From positions 2,170,001-2,234,000 of the forward strand of contig CM074813.1 of assembly GCA_037447605.1 (NCBI GenBank): DNA of 64,000 nucleotides. The letters are read 5' to 3'. A model generated the notes under the pieces. It was given only the letters and a program-made list of their open reading frames with translations. It had not been told where the DNA came from and did no database searches. This document shows, one piece after another, positions 1 through 12,435 of the stretch. The position numbers and the translations under genes are program-made. This DNA comes from Zygnema circumcarinatum SAG 698-1b (Eukaryota > Plantae > Zygnematophyceae). The stretch's first letter is position 1; each line of letters begins with the position of its first letter.

Positions 1-1178
1 CGTGCCATTCGCTGGGACCGAGCCCGGCTGCAGATCTAACGGTTGCCGTGGGCGATTTGCAATGGACTCGACGGCCGCGATTCACACCACGTGTGGAGGA
101 CGCACACCTCGAACGATCTTGTGGCGGACGGATCTTCCGCTCCGAGCTGATTCGGGCAGGCCGATATTTTCTTATCTCAAAAAAGAAATTCAGGGGGACG
201 AGATATTCAAATCAAATTAACGGGGTATCATTTTCCTTTTTTTCATTTCGTTCTTGTTTTGCAAAAATAAAATCTGCCTTGTATCGATTCCAAAAAGGTG
301 TGAAAAAAGCATTTTCTGTTTTTAAACCTTTTTAAAATCTGCCCGGCCTGGAAGGGTTGTTTTGATCCAAAAAAGGCATGGAAATAACACTACCCTTTTT
401 GATTGGAGGAGAAAATTTCATTGAACTCACGATGGCGAGGCCATCAAAATGTACATGGACAAAAGCAAAATGCGGAACCACGAGTGACTGGCCGCAAAAG
501 GATCTAGGCACAAACGATAGAAGCTAAGAGCGGAAAACTACGCCTAGGCGCACAACGCAGCCCCTAGAAGCAGCCACGAAGGTCACCGATGTGAGGCACA
601 TCGCGAGCTGCGGAAGTCCACCGACACGGTTGGACCAATCAAAAATTTCCACGTCAAAAATGTAACACGTGGCATATGTTGATTGGTTGGGAGCTAATCC
701 CAGATCTCGAGATCTCGGGCCGAGGGACGCGCGCACTCGCAAGTGCAATCCGGCTTTGAGGGGATTCGTGGGCGCTTTCCATTCGCTGAGATCGAGCCCG
801 GCTGCAGATCGAACGGTCATTTGCTGTGGTGCGATCTGGGAGGGAATCGACAGCTGCGATTGACACACACGTGTGAAGGACGGACACCCGCGAACGATCT
901 CGTGGCGGACGGATCTTCCGCTCCGAGCGGATTCGGGCAGGCAGATATTTCTTTCCCTCAAAAAAAAAAAATCAGGAAGGCGGGATACAGTATTCAAAAT
1001 GCGGTGACGGGGTATCATTTTCCTTGGTTAGCAAAAATATAATCAGCCGACGGAAGAAGGTGGGTATCGATTCCAAAAAGGTGTGAAAAAAGCATTTTTC
1101 GTTTTTAATCCCTTTGGAAATCTGCCCGGCCGGGAAGGGGTGTTTGGATCCAAAAAAGGGGTGGAAATAACACTACCC
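1..1178. repeat. Two diverged direct copies (~1-395 and ~775-1178) of a ~390-bp repeat, probably transposon terminal sequence
   Basis: Both copies share blocks such as GAGCCCGGCTGCAGATC, GTGGCGGACGGATCTTCCGCTCCGAGC, GTATCGATTCCAAAAAGGTGTGAAAAAAGCATTTT and end in GGAAATAACACTACCC. No credible coding frame. Confidence 0.8.
410..490 (+). repeat. ~70-bp dispersed repeat also present at ~49250-49320, ~22300-22375 and (reverse) ~20895-20975
   Basis: Core GATGGCGAGGCCATCAAA(A)TGTACATGGACAAAAGCA..ATG.GGAACCACGAG is near-identical at 49250-49320. A diverged version (ATGGTGAGGCCATCAAATAAACATGGACAAAG) lies inside both Mutator-like elements. Confidence 0.8.
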
Positions 1179-2978
1179 TTGCTTTTCTACCACATTCAGA
1201 TTTCAGACTCGTTCCGTGCTCCGTAGCGGCGGCACCGATGCCACGTTCGACAGATCCGGATCCTTTCCGTCCGGCATTCAGATGGGCGGTTACCATTGTG
1301 ACACGTGACACAGACTGTGACGTCATAACTGACAGTGCTAACGCAGAAATCAATCATAGCTTTTGCCAAGGTCGCTAGCGCATGTCAACGATGTACGAAT
1401 TGCAGTTGAATTATGATTTAGGACATGATCGACGTCAACGACAGGGCTCCGACTACCCCGCAACACGTCAACGTCTACGATTGAGATACTCATTGCAGAT
1501 GTACGAATTCGTTTGGCGGGATGCGCTCGCGCTCCTGAAATGTGTACTTTGTCGCTGTCGCTGGGCCACTAGGCTCTTCAGGACTCGTACGGCCGAAGAG
1601 ACGGACTGCCACGTGGCGCACGGACACGGCAGGAAGCATCCAGAATACCTCTCTCCGTACAAGAATGTTTCTGGTCAAGATTCGCTTTTTGAATCCAGCT
1701 TGAAACGTCCAAATCAGAATTTCCGTTCTCCCCTGTGAGGGCGCCAAGTGTCGCATGCTGCTTCACTCTGACCGTTGTTTTGCTTGACGTGGCGAATTGG
1801 TTTGACTGCTTCTGTGCCGTACGCCCTATCAGAGATTGCGTCGCTTCCGGGTCCTTCATGGCCGTACGGCTTAGCCCCTATGGCCAAAAGCTTTCGGCAG
1901 TGTAGCCGTGCGGCCGGCGTTAACGATGCGGCCAAGTCAGGCCAGGCTGGCGGACTTTTGGCACCGACCAATGCGACGGCTCTGACCGGGCCCAAGCTTT
2001 CTGGCGGCCTTGCCGTACATTTGTGCCAGCTGGCAGTCAACAAGGCTGCTGAGTTGGCGCTCGGATCCAGGCTTGACCGCCACGGTCCAAAGAATCTGCG
2101 TAAATACGTTCATACGTGTCAGATAACCATTCGTCCACGTGGTAATTCAAGGAAGATATGGTCGATTCTTTGTGACAGGCATCGCCCGCTCGCAGTTGAG
2201 CGGGACTGACTAACATAGAGCGCTGGAGTTTGACCAGTCAGGTCCGGTCAGTCGTAGACCCCTAGGACCTAGGTCTGCCTGGCGGAGAGGTCCCGGCGGA
2301 GGGCGATCCATGACGGGTCGAGAGCGCTGCTTGCGCCCTGGAAGCGCTGCGAGCCGCCCGGCCGCCATGGTTCGGGGAGGAAGGGGGGGGAGGTACCGGG
2401 ATTTGAGGCAGCTGCCACGCTGCGCTGGGCATGCATAGGTGTGTGCGAGGCCCTTCTGCTTGGGCTTGTTTGGGCTTCTGAAGTAGTAAGCGTGGCAGAG
2501 ACTTGGTAGAAATTGAAGGTCTTTACAGTCTTGCGTGGAGATCAGGTAATTTTTGTAGGGTTTAATTTGGCATTTTTCGACTTTTGAGGCTTTCGAAGTG
2601 AAGACCTTGAAATGAACTTAGAAGTGCATTCCACTCTTTCTCCGCCAGATAATATTAGGGTTTTATAAAGCATAACATGGCCATGGAGTAATGCGAGCTG
2701 GATTTGCATAACGTAAGCTGCAATCTTTAGTCGTTCAGTTGCTGAAGTGGACACCTTGATACCGAACCGTCAAAGTATTCTGGAGTTTAGTGAAAAGACA
2801 AGCTTTTGACGAGTGAACCTGCTGATGTGGAACCTGTGGCTGCTGAAAATTGCAGGTGCGAACTCTCTCTCTCTCTCTGTCTCCCTCACCCCCTCCCTCT
2901 CCCTCTCTCACTCTCTCACCACTCAGCAGGCCGGGACAGCTCGTGCCGGTGCATTCCCTGTTCGAACGTTTGTCGTAG

Positions 2979-4259
2979 ATGTGTCACCTCATCGAGAGAG
3001 AAGTCATGACCTGTGGCGACTCCGGAGACGTGAAGGGCTTGGCTACGCACGGAGGCCCGGGCTGTATGCTGAGCAGGAAAGTGAATCTCGAGGTTATGGA
3101 ACTTGGAGGATGTTTGGAGGGGCACAGAGAGGAGCGCAATTGGAAGGGAGAAGAACGTACCAGACGCAATACTTTTCACGCTTTCGAAGAAGGGGTATCT
3201 GGAAAAGGCGTCGGGGCGCATTCAATTGAAAGACATGATAGGAATTTCCAGATGAGAGCAAGAACTGGACCTTGGTTAAGGCGCGAGATGCGTGTACATG
3301 TGTCTGATCTTCAATCTTGGAACGTGACTCCGTCGACATTTGCTTTGAAATTGCCGGTCATGAGAGAAGATGCAACAATGCACAGGAGGTCGGAGGATGT
3401 TGAACGACCTTTTCATCTTGATCAGTGTGAAGTCCTAAGGTGCTTGGGGGCGATTGCAAACATGGAGGGGGAAGGGGGAAGGAAGGCATTAGAAAATCTC
3501 CAGCACTATTCCAGAGTCAATGATGCTGCTCGCGAAGCTATTGCGTCGGCTTCAGCACTGCCTGTGCTTATTCCTCTGCTCGACTCCAAGGACTCCTGGA
3601 TAGTGGAAGCAGCTGTGACTGTTATTTTCAACATTTTTTTGCTCCCTCAGTATAAACTGGCAGCGATAGATTGCGGTGTTTTGCCTGCTCTGGTGCGAGT
3701 TTCTCTCGAGGCTGAAAGCAGCACTGCTCGTGAAGTTGCTGTAGGTGCACTCTGCAACTTGTCCGAAGTTGACAAGAGCCGAGAGAGCATGCTGAGGTTT
3801 GGGACAGTGCCACTATTGGCCAATGTTCTGAGAGAAGGGAGTCCTCGTAGCAGGAAGGATGCAGTGGTGGGATTGTTCAACCTTGGTACAGAGACCAGCT
3901 GCAAGATTGAGATACTCCGTACAGATGTCATACAGACAGCATTGATGCTCCTTGACAGTAGAAATTGTGAATTAGAGAGAGAACTCGCAGCGTTGCTTGC
4001 GAGGTTGGCGAAGGATGAGGAGGGATGCAAGCTGATAGAGGCGATGGGCGGAGTGCCGGTGCTGTTGGAAGTGGTGGAGGGAGGCTGCCCTGGGTCAAAG
4101 GCAAGCGCAGTTTCAGCACTGCTCTCTATGGTCGAGAAGGGCGGTCAGGAGGCGGTCAATGTTTTGTGGTCCGAGGGAGCCTTGCCCTCGCTCATAGCTG
4201 TGAGCCAACAAGGAACACCCCGTGGGCGGCAAAAGGTGATGCAAATTCTTGCCAGCTAG
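2979..4259 (+). CDS. Armadillo (ARM)-repeat protein, PUB-type ARM array without a recognisable U-box
   Basis: 426-aa uninterrupted ORF. The C-terminal ~270 aa are ARM repeats (LPVLIPLL, AREVAVGALCNLS, GSPRSRKDAVVGLFNL, GGVPVLLEVVEGG, GALPSLIAVSQQGTPRGRQKVMQIL) like plant U-box/ARM proteins. The start codon is uncertain (2979, 3007 or later). Confidence 0.85.
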   Translation: MCHLIEREVMTCGDSGDVKGLATHGGPGCMLSRKVNLEVMELGGCLEGHREERNWKGEERTRRNTFHAFEEGVSGKGVGAHSIERHDRNFQMRARTGPWLRREMRVHVSDLQSWNVTPSTFALKLPVMREDATMHRRSEDVERPFHLDQCEVLRCLGAIANMEGEGGRKALENLQHYSRVNDAAREAIASASALPVLIPLLDSKDSWIVEAAVTVIFNIFLLPQYKLAAIDCGVLPALVRVSLEAESSTAREVAVGALCNLSEVDKSRESMLRFGTVPLLANVLREGSPRSRKDAVVGLFNLGTETSCKIEILRTDVIQTALMLLDSRNCELERELAALLARLAKDEEGCKLIEAMGGVPVLLEVVEGGCPGSKASAVSALLSMVEKGGQEAVNVLWSEGALPSLIAVSQQGTPRGRQKVMQILAS

Positions 4260-5656
4260 TATTCTTGAATTTCAAGAGCATCGCAGACATACACAGCATG
4301 CATAGCATTCATATGGAACAGGTGTGGGGAGAGAAGGGAGACACATTAGAGCGGGATGATGTTCGGATGAGTCACGATGGTTGCAGCTCAAAGGAGCAGA
4401 TTGTATATTGAACCGGAGGTCCTCCATTGCGCAAAACTAAGTAGTATGAAAGACTGTGCTGGATCTAAGACCGTCAGTAAGCATTCACTGCATGGCAGGG
4501 TTGCCATGCTCTCAGTGGGTGTGCATTGCACCTTGCCCATACTATTGAAGCGAGTTGAGTCCCTGATATCTGACCTCAGGTGTTCCTTTTGCAGGCGGAT
4601 CTCTTGATTGGAATTATGCGGTCGTTGCGAGACAAGTATTGACATGTATGCGCATGCATGGCTTTTGGCGCTGTATCATACTCCGGGGAACAAAATCTTC
4701 ACGGCCGCCGCACCAATTGGCTTCGCAGCTTGTAACAAATAAATGTATGTTCGGTCTCGTCCGTGAAATAGTTCAGTTCAGAAGGTCGGACTCCCTAATC
4801 TGCTTACAAGAACTTTCTCCCTCTCCTTTCAAGGGGTATAGCAATAGGTCCCAATCCTTTGTATGATTAGCGCGACCAAAAGTCCACACTTATATTCAAT
4901 GAAAGGCCAAAAGGCCGTTTCATGTTTTTCCTAAAGTGGTCAAAAGATCCTCTCCGGAACTCACATGGCAGAGGGGCTCTCTCCCTGCACAGTATGTACT
5001 GCGATGAAGGAATAGCTTGGGAATTAGGGTTTAAGGCTGAAAGGGAGAAAGGAAGGCAGGCGGGACACAAGGTGCAATGGGAATGTTCGTGTGATGGTTA
5101 GCTTTTCATGGCAGTCTTTGAGCAGCGAATTTCAATGAAATAGTGGAACTTAGGTCAGCTGAGAGGTGTGAGGTTTTATCTCCTTGGAAGAAGTGGTAGG
5201 GAGGTCTCCATGGTAATAGAGAGGTCGTATTGGCAGTAGGACACCCACAAAGGTGAAGTTGTTATCAGAAACTCTTTGGGAAGGCGACAGAGCAATGACA
5301 GGCGGCCAAAATAGTGCAGAGCAAGGGCAGAATAGGGTGTGCCAAAACGTGTGGAGAACAAGAAATACATTGTGGAAAAAATGTAATATATTTGATTCCC
5401 CGCACTTCAATGTTGAATGCGGGTTAAGATCAGTGGATGAAATACTTCCCTTTTAGATCAAGGAGACACCACAAAAATTGTAAACATCATCCACTCCTGA
5501 ATATGTACAAGGTACTCTACTTGTGTGGGCCCTGACCCCTTGACACTTTCTTGGAACCCTTTACTGTCATTGCATGTGTCTTCTAAGACTTCTTCAGACC
5601 ATTAACTCCGATCAGCTTGATGCCTTTCTTGCCACTGCACCACCAAAGGACGAACA

Positions 5657-7808
5657 TCAAATGAGCCAACAATGTGTGGCCTCCAGCCACAAACAGAGGA
5701 AGAAAGAACTGAAGAGTCTGTAAAGAAGGAATAGACCCACCTGTCCTTTCTCCACCTCCTGAGTCACGTTGGCTACAGCAGCATGTGTCGAGGCAGCTGC
5801 TCTATGGTATGTTGATGTCAGCAACTGCGCGAAAGCAGGCAATCCGCCCGCTGCCACCCCCTTTCCCTCTCCCTGTCAGTGGACTTTGCAAGTCAGCCTC
5901 CAAACATCCGAGAGGGCTGAAGAACAATCTGAGCTTACAGAATTTGACAGGACAGCCTTGTTCGAGAATGTAAGGCCTGCCTCATGCAGACTGACGGATA
6001 TGGGATTTGGACTGGGATAGAAGAAGAGGGACTAGGGTGGGAAATAGGTTGACGCCGCTGACGTATTTTTAAAAACAGAAATATGATACAGCGTAGGCTT
6101 ACCAATGAAAAATGTACATAGGACGACAGTTCTGTCATGAACATGTTTGAACTAATTGCTAAAGATGGCCAGTTGAAGTGTAGTTGGAGAGGGAGAGACA
6201 GGGAAAACAAGAAGGTAACTGAGAGTATCAAAGAGGTACAAGTTAAAGCTGTAAGTTTCAAGGGGGTTACGACTCACCCCCAATGCCTGCAAACCCTGCC
6301 GAAAACAGAATAACTGGTGGAATCTGCAAGATTGAAATAAATAACCACTAGTTATGCTTCCACAGGCCAACTTGATCCAGGCTAAGCATACATGGAACAG
6401 AGGTCGCTATTAAGGAATTGATACATTGAAATTGCAAGTTCATCTTCCATTTAGCCCAAAATAGTCAAGGGTGACAATGTAAAAGTTTTCAGACTATTGT
6501 CGATTTCTAGATAGTTCTAGTTCTTTCGTCCCTCCCTTTCTTCATTACCATAATCTCGACATCCTGCCAGAGGCCTACCACAATCAGTTCAACACTTACA
6601 CCAAGGAAGAGCTGCAAGCCGGGTCTTCCAGGAAGCTTCTTGCTGAGGAATGGAGTCACTGCATGCGGACACATATCACACATTTCGCAAAAATGTGTCT
6701 CAAATTGAGTGATGAGACATTCACATATAAATTGAAGTTGAACGAGAGACTATACACTGGCACTCCAGCTAGAAAATACTGAGTGGCAACTGACCCAGCT
6801 CTCACATAGGATGCATTCAGTCAATGACCAAGCAAGATTTTGTTAATTGTTGTCTCAGGAAATCGCAGCCTTTGAAATGGCACCCACACATAAAGAACGA
6901 AATGAAACACATGCATGTCTTTTGATCGCAAGGTCGCCTCTAAGAACCCCAAATCCTGAGTACTTATGGGCTGCTTCATTGCGCATCTCTATAAGAAAAA
7001 CAGTTTTCTTCAACAAACGAACTTGTGATTTGTCCTAAATTTCAATTTTTTTTTTTAAACAGCTCTCACTACCTGCATTGAAGGCATACAATCCGCTGAT
7101 GCTACCTCCAAGGGCTGTTCCCAGCTGCCAAGCGTGAGGTTGAACAAGATCCTCAGAACTGCTACTCAAGAAAATTAACAGGAAAAATAAAATTGAACAT
7201 ATGTATATCAGCGAGAAATACGTACAATACATTCATCTCCATGTTTTAGCTTATTGATACTATGTGCAAGCACAAGAATTACAAAGAAATTTGACACTAG
7301 GAACACAACAACATATCTAATGACGTAAAGAGAAATAAAGAAGCCTAATTTGATTAGCTCTCGCCAATGGTCCAAAACTAGTTCATATTACTCGTGTTTC
7401 AAAAGCGACGGTTGAAAAAAATCTTTTCAGATGAAGTAAGCAACAATACCAGCGAAAAACTGTCACGAAGAAAGGGCGCGATTGTCCATTCCTGTCCATC
7501 CTACAAAAATATACAGAGACAAACCCGCCCGATATAGTAAAACAAACAGCACATCCCTAACTTCCTGTCCTGCTCACAAATCTCACAAATTCCCTTTCAG
7601 ACACTCCGCCGGAAAGCCCAATCCTTCCACCCATTTGTCCTGCAATCGGCAATGTGATCCGGCCCCCAAACTCCTCCCCGAAGCTCCCTGTTCTAGCAAG
7701 CACCCTGAGCCCGGTTACCTGCCCAGGCGTGAGAGGCGCGGCGCAGCGCGGGCAGCGCGCGGGCTCGAGGCCGGGCCCCAGCGCGGGCGCGTACCGAGGC
7801 CCCGCCAT
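5657..7808 (-). CDS. Small conserved plant membrane protein with N-terminal CxxC and Gly-rich hydrophobic segments (about 5 exons)
   Basis: Exons 7808-7719 (MAGPRYAPALGPGLEPARCPRCAAPLTPGQ), 7151-7073 (DLVQPHAWQLGTALGGSISGLYAFNA), 6658-6600 (VTPFLSKKLPGRPGLQLFLG) and 6323-6278 (IPPVILFSAGFAGIG) join in frame at GT-AG sites. A last exon near 5850-5657 reads GGLPAFAQLLTSTYHRAA. This resembles a recalled Arabidopsis protein of unknown function (..APPVIVLSSACAGLAGGAVPALAQL..). The last acceptor and stop are uncertain. Confidence 0.7.
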
Positions 7809-8135
7809 GGCCGCCGCTCGCTCGAGCTCAACTTCGAGCGCTCTCCATTGCAGGTGCCTGCAGTTCAGCGCCGACCAATGGCGATTCGCCACGTGTACAC
7901 TTTGGCTGACGTGGCGACTCCTGATTGGATGGCTCTTGCCTCGGTGAAAGTGCTCGTCCTTTGGCGGTGCGCTCTGTCCGACCACGCGGGGGAGGGGTCG
8001 CGGCGGGGACTGGGAGAGTCTTGGAGAGTGCGGGAGGGGGGCTGAAAAAAAGCTTTTAGGAGCTTTGGAGCCTTCGGGGTGGCAGGGGTCAAAGGCTTTA
8101 AAATTTATGTCTAGTGATTTGAGAGCTTCGAAGAT

Positions 8136-8144
8136 TTAGGGTTT
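8136..8144 (-). promoter_or_regulatory. Telo-box (AAACCCTAA) upstream of the membrane-protein gene
   Basis: TTAGGGTTT on + strand, ~330 bp upstream of the ATG at 7808. Confidence 0.5.
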
Positions 8145-8472
8145 CAGGTTTCTGAGGTTATGGAGTTTGAGAGTTAAGGCTGTTGGATTTGAAAGCTGTA
8201 TATAGCTGCGAGATCCAAGGTATTTAGAGGTTTTAGCATCCGCCAAAAGGAAAACCTAAAACCCATTCAATAATAGATTAAGGTCGACTTCAACCCCTAA
8301 ATTAAGTGAAGAGGATTGCGCAAACTGTCCTGCAATGAGCTGAATTGAACCAACGGTACGGACTGTGGTCGACCCCTTCTGAACCAACAGCACCCATTGG
8401 CGGCCCATCGATATGACAAGGGGTTGAGGCTCATACAATAATATATCACAGCCCCCTTTGAAGACCTTTCAT

Positions 8473-11400
8473 TTAATTTAACTTCCTTTTCACCGCTTGC
8501 CCTATTTGCATGCCACTGTCATCCAACCTCCATTGCCGCCAATTTGTGTACAAAAGAAACGGCACAAAATGTGCAAACGAATAAGACACCATCAGTGCTT
8601 GATGAAGGTAAGGATACCGGGAAGGAGGGGGGAGGGTGGCTGCAGCCCCATGCAGGGCAATGGCTCCCACTATTGAAGCGCACATAGAAACACGGACGAC
8701 AGTTTCGTGCTTCGACTCGCCAGCTTCTCGTTCACTTGCTCCTCGTGGTTCTCTGCGCTCCTCGCCTTTGTGAAGAAGGTGTTTGGGAGAAGTTGCAACG
8801 AGATTGAACAAGAGGAGGATGGCGCCATAGGCTATGGCCAATCGGTCTCTTTTGAGAAGCGGGAACATGCTGAATGCAGCCATGGTTGTGAACCATCGGA
8901 AAAGAATGGGCTCCTCAAGTGCCAGCATGGAGGCAGGAAGGAGAGGGAGGAGGATTGACTTCTCATGAACTGCCACGAAACAAGGCAAACGATGAATAGA
9001 ATAATGGTAGGCACAAGACGAGCAGCAGGAAACTCTCTGTTAGGGTTTACAAGGACAATCATACGAACGAGAACAGCATGGATGATGCCCAAAGGGACGA
9101 AGACAAAGATAACTCGGACCCACCTTGAAATGCGAACATGTAGAATGCGAAGGAACAGTTGAGCAAGGCTAGCAGAAAGCCCCTTGGACTTGGCCAAAGA
9201 ATTTGCTGTACCATGGCTGGGAGGGCAGCCAATACTGTCATTCCCAATGCCATTCGTGCTAAGGTGTGAACTGAAAAGAGTTGCTTCCACTTTATCGCTA
9301 CAGAGGTAGAGCACCAAAAGTTTGCCACATGATCTTCATATAATCCGCGAGAGAGGGGTGCCAACCGATTGAGCACCTGCAGGCAATTTTAAAGAAATAA
9401 ACAGCAGTTGAGTGCTTGAGGTCCTTTCCTCCCCGTATGAGGTGTCGGTTAACCATTATTCGTTTAGCTACCTCTATCTTGGCGAAGGATATAGCATCGT
9501 AAAGCAACTGAACGAAATCATGACGCTTCAAATTCATCTACTGCGGATGGTCAGCAAGGGCGGAAATGAAAAATGTTATAGAAGCTATAGGAGAAACCCT
9601 GCCTGAAGAGCTGCTTCAGTGGAGGAGAGGAACGGTGCCCAGCAGACACAGAATGTGGCAAGAACAGTCAGCCCGAGGAGCAGCACTGATCGCAGCGGGC
9701 GGCGGCTTTTTAAGCAGTGGCCGAGGAGATGAGCGAAGAAAGCTGGGGCATAATACATGCTCATCTGCACACACAGGGAGCGAGAGGGGGGGCGGGGGGG
9801 GGAAGAGAGTGAGAGAGAGAGAGGAGTGAGAGAAAGCAAGGTAACTTCTGAGGGGAACTAAAGATGCTCTGGAATGAAAAAGAAAAAAAAACAGCACTCG
9901 CTTATGTTGCCCTGCCCCCTTAAGAAGCTCGTATAGAGCTTAAAATGAACATAACTAATTGAAACCACCTTGTCACTGAATGCGGTATCCAGCATAGAAA
10001 GGGAAGAGGAGAGGGGAAGAGGGAGAGTAGAGAAACAAGAGAGGAATGGAGAAAGGAGAGAGGGGAGAAGAGAGCGAGAAAGTGGCTTCTTCAAATGTCA
10101 ATGGGTGTCCCTAGAAAAAAGAAAAAAAAAATCTGTCTTTGTCGTGGCCGAGCACTCACCTGCTTGTGGTTTAGGGAAAGGCAGAAGAGAATGCTCCCTA
10201 TGATTTCTTGCCCACGTAGAATAGCAGCCACCGCAGCCATAGCCAGACCAAGACTTATGCAGTTGAACTGCAGCAGCCCCAGATAGAGCGAACGACATTA
10301 AATGTAGCACTAAAAAGAGTGTGAGCGCCTACTGCAGAAAGCTAAAAGGGGAAAAAAAAAAAAAAAGAGAAGCAACGCCAAACTATAACGAGTACTTAAG
10401 TTAGACATTATCCATCCGAAGGGTTTAACAACATCATAAAATCATGACAAGAAACACAAAGATAGCGGTTTAAAATGCAACCGACCTGGAAGTGCCCGTG
10501 ATCAATCAGAATGAAGGCAGGTTGACATAAAATAGCTGCCAAAGCCCAAATTCTTTCTGCTTTTGAGCGATTCTTGTAATAGACAGCCACAAAGGCCAGA
10601 GCAGCAGGGAAAAAGATTATAACATCTGATGATAACACGGTCCAGCGCATCAACATTTTGCTGTTCAGCCATCACAAACGAATGTCAGGCTTGAAAGGAT
10701 ATAATTTGCCGAAGCATGGACATTACTCAGCAAGTTAGCATGTACGCTCCCCCAATCACTTTGAACTTCTCTTTCCTCCCCTAAAACAGGGAGGTGGAAT
10801 ATCCTCCTTCTCCTCACACTTTCCCTCTTTCTCCGTTCTCGCTTCGCTCCGTGTTATCCGCTATCTCACCTCGCACCTTTTAGCAGATTCATGTCCCGTT
10901 GATGTCCCCAAGGCGACGGTCTGCGGGTCTAGCAAATGCAAAAGGCAGCCATGGATGAAGCTTTGGTAAGCCGTAAGTGGCGGATAATCGAGTCCCCAAT
11001 AAGTAAGGTTGTTTTGAGGCCCTCCCATATACCACTCCTTGATCGGAGTGTGAATTGTGACCTCCATCCAGTGCCGTTGAGCCTCATAGTCTCCGAACAT
11101 AGGAGGCGTACTTTCTCCTGCAAAGTAAGAGGGGAACTTCAGAAGGGACTCTACAGGGTATCTTAATAACTTCAACACCTTGCAGTATAGCCGGTTTAGA
11201 AAGCAGCAAGCAAGCAAGTCACCTTACTTGATTTAAGATATGCAAGGTTACCAGCAGGAAGTGATGGGAAGGGTTGAGGGAAACCAAGACTGCCATCTTA
11301 GGTCATCAAGAAGATGTGCATATCGCAGGTTTAAGAAACTCCTTTCTTCAGTCTGCTTCATTTCTGAAGAGAGTCTTGCTGTTCTTCCAGGAGAAGAAAG

Positions 11401-11568
11401 GCTAAAGCCTGAAGGTGAATAGCAGCAGTGAAAACGGGGAGGAGGGTGCCAACCAGAGTAACCATGGAGGCCGACCATCAAGCGCAGCAGCACGGCCGCC
11501 ATGGCGATAACGAGAGCTCCATTCCGCCCCTCTGCAAGGGCTTCGCAAAGTTTCGCAAAAGAAGTCAT
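8473..11568 (-). CDS. ALG6: Dolichyl-P-Glc:Man9GlcNAc2-PP-dolichol alpha-1,3-glucosyltransferase (7 exons)
   Basis: Exons 11568-11454, 11117-10877, 10660-10486, 10267-10160, 9764-9603, 9376-9124 and 8969-8473 join in frame. Family motifs: FGDYEAQRHWME, YWGLDYPPLTAY, LIDHGHFQ-FNCISLGL, LNHKQM, RLAPLSRGLYEDHVANFWC, FQVHEKSILLP. Intron 5 has a GC donor. Confidence 0.96.
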
Positions 11569-11772
11569 GGCGCTTAAGAGAGAGCACCCTCCCTCTTCAC
11601 TATAGCAGTTCAGCTATCACGATCCTGCAGACTTCCAGGACCACCCTATTCTCGTTCTCTCCTCCTTCTCTAAACCTAAATATCAATGGGGGCCGAAGAA
11701 CGCAGCTGACGTACTTCAAACGACTCCTGCATTTTCAATTCAAGAAATGCTTTTGCTGCAGCGCTGCGGGCC
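11569..11772. promoter_or_regulatory. Putative bidirectional promoter between ALG6 and LIP2
   Basis: Only 204 bp separate the two divergent start codons (11568 on -, 11773 on +); contains CT-rich tracts. Confidence 0.65.
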
Positions 11773-12435
11773 ATGGCGAATGCAGGAAGAACTCTGCGTG
11801 TATGGCGCATGGGCGTCGTGGAGTATGCTGCGGCTCTGCGGGTGCAGGAAGCCATGGCGGCCAGCAGAAGGACGGGGCAGGTTGGAGACAGCTTGCTGGT
11901 CCTGCAGCACTTCCCTGTCTACACTATCGGCAGGAGAAAGCCTGAGGGCCACTTCAAAGGTGGGGAGGAGGCTATGAAAGAGGTGGGAGCGGAGGTAGTT
12001 TTCGTTTCACGAGGAGGGGAGGTCACCTTTCATGGACCCGGGCAGATAGTGCTCTACCCAGTGCTCAACCTCCGTGGCCTGAAACTCGGCGCAAGGCGCT
12101 ATGTGGAGGGGCTGGAAGATGTCATGGTTAGGGTTGCTGCCAGCTATGGCGTCCTGGCGAGAGGAAGGGTTCTGGGAAGGACAGGAGTCTGGGTGGAGGA
12201 GAGGAAGCTGGGTGCTGTGGGAGTGCAGATATCAGGAGGTATCACCACACATGGCTTGGCGCTGAATGTAAACCCTAATTTGGAGTACTTTGACCATATC
12301 GTTCCTTGTGGCATCAGGGACCTGCAAGTCACGTCCTTGGAGAAGGAGCTTAAAGGGCAGGTCATGGATGTTGACTCTGTGGCTGGGAGGATGGTGCAAG
12401 CTTTTTTAGAGGTGTTTGATATGAACGTGGTTTGA
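11773..12435 (+). CDS. LIP2: Octanoyltransferase (lipoate-protein ligase B), LIP2/LipB type, intronless
   Basis: 220-aa ORF with LipB motifs LQHFPVYTIGRR, RGGEVTFHGPGQIVLYP, TGVWVEERKLGAVGV, HGLALNVNPNLEYFDHIVPCG. Confidence 0.96.
   Translation: MANAGRTLRVWRMGVVEYAAALRVQEAMAASRRTGQVGDSLLVLQHFPVYTIGRRKPEGHFKGGEEAMKEVGAEVVFVSRGGEVTFHGPGQIVLYPVLNLRGLKLGARRYVEGLEDVMVRVAASYGVLARGRVLGRTGVWVEERKLGAVGVQISGGITTHGLALNVNPNLEYFDHIVPCGIRDLQVTSLEKELKGQVMDVDSVAGRMVQAFLEVFDMNVV

Noticed and set aside
2542-2754. 70-aa minus-strand ORF
   Set aside because: No recognisable motif; the + strand looks like a 5' intron (donor at ~2545) of the ARM gene.
5253-5456. VWRTRN..NIF as a LINE ORF2 C-terminal remnant
   Set aside because: Only a few residues resemble the motif; no RT, endonuclease or poly(A)/TSD context.
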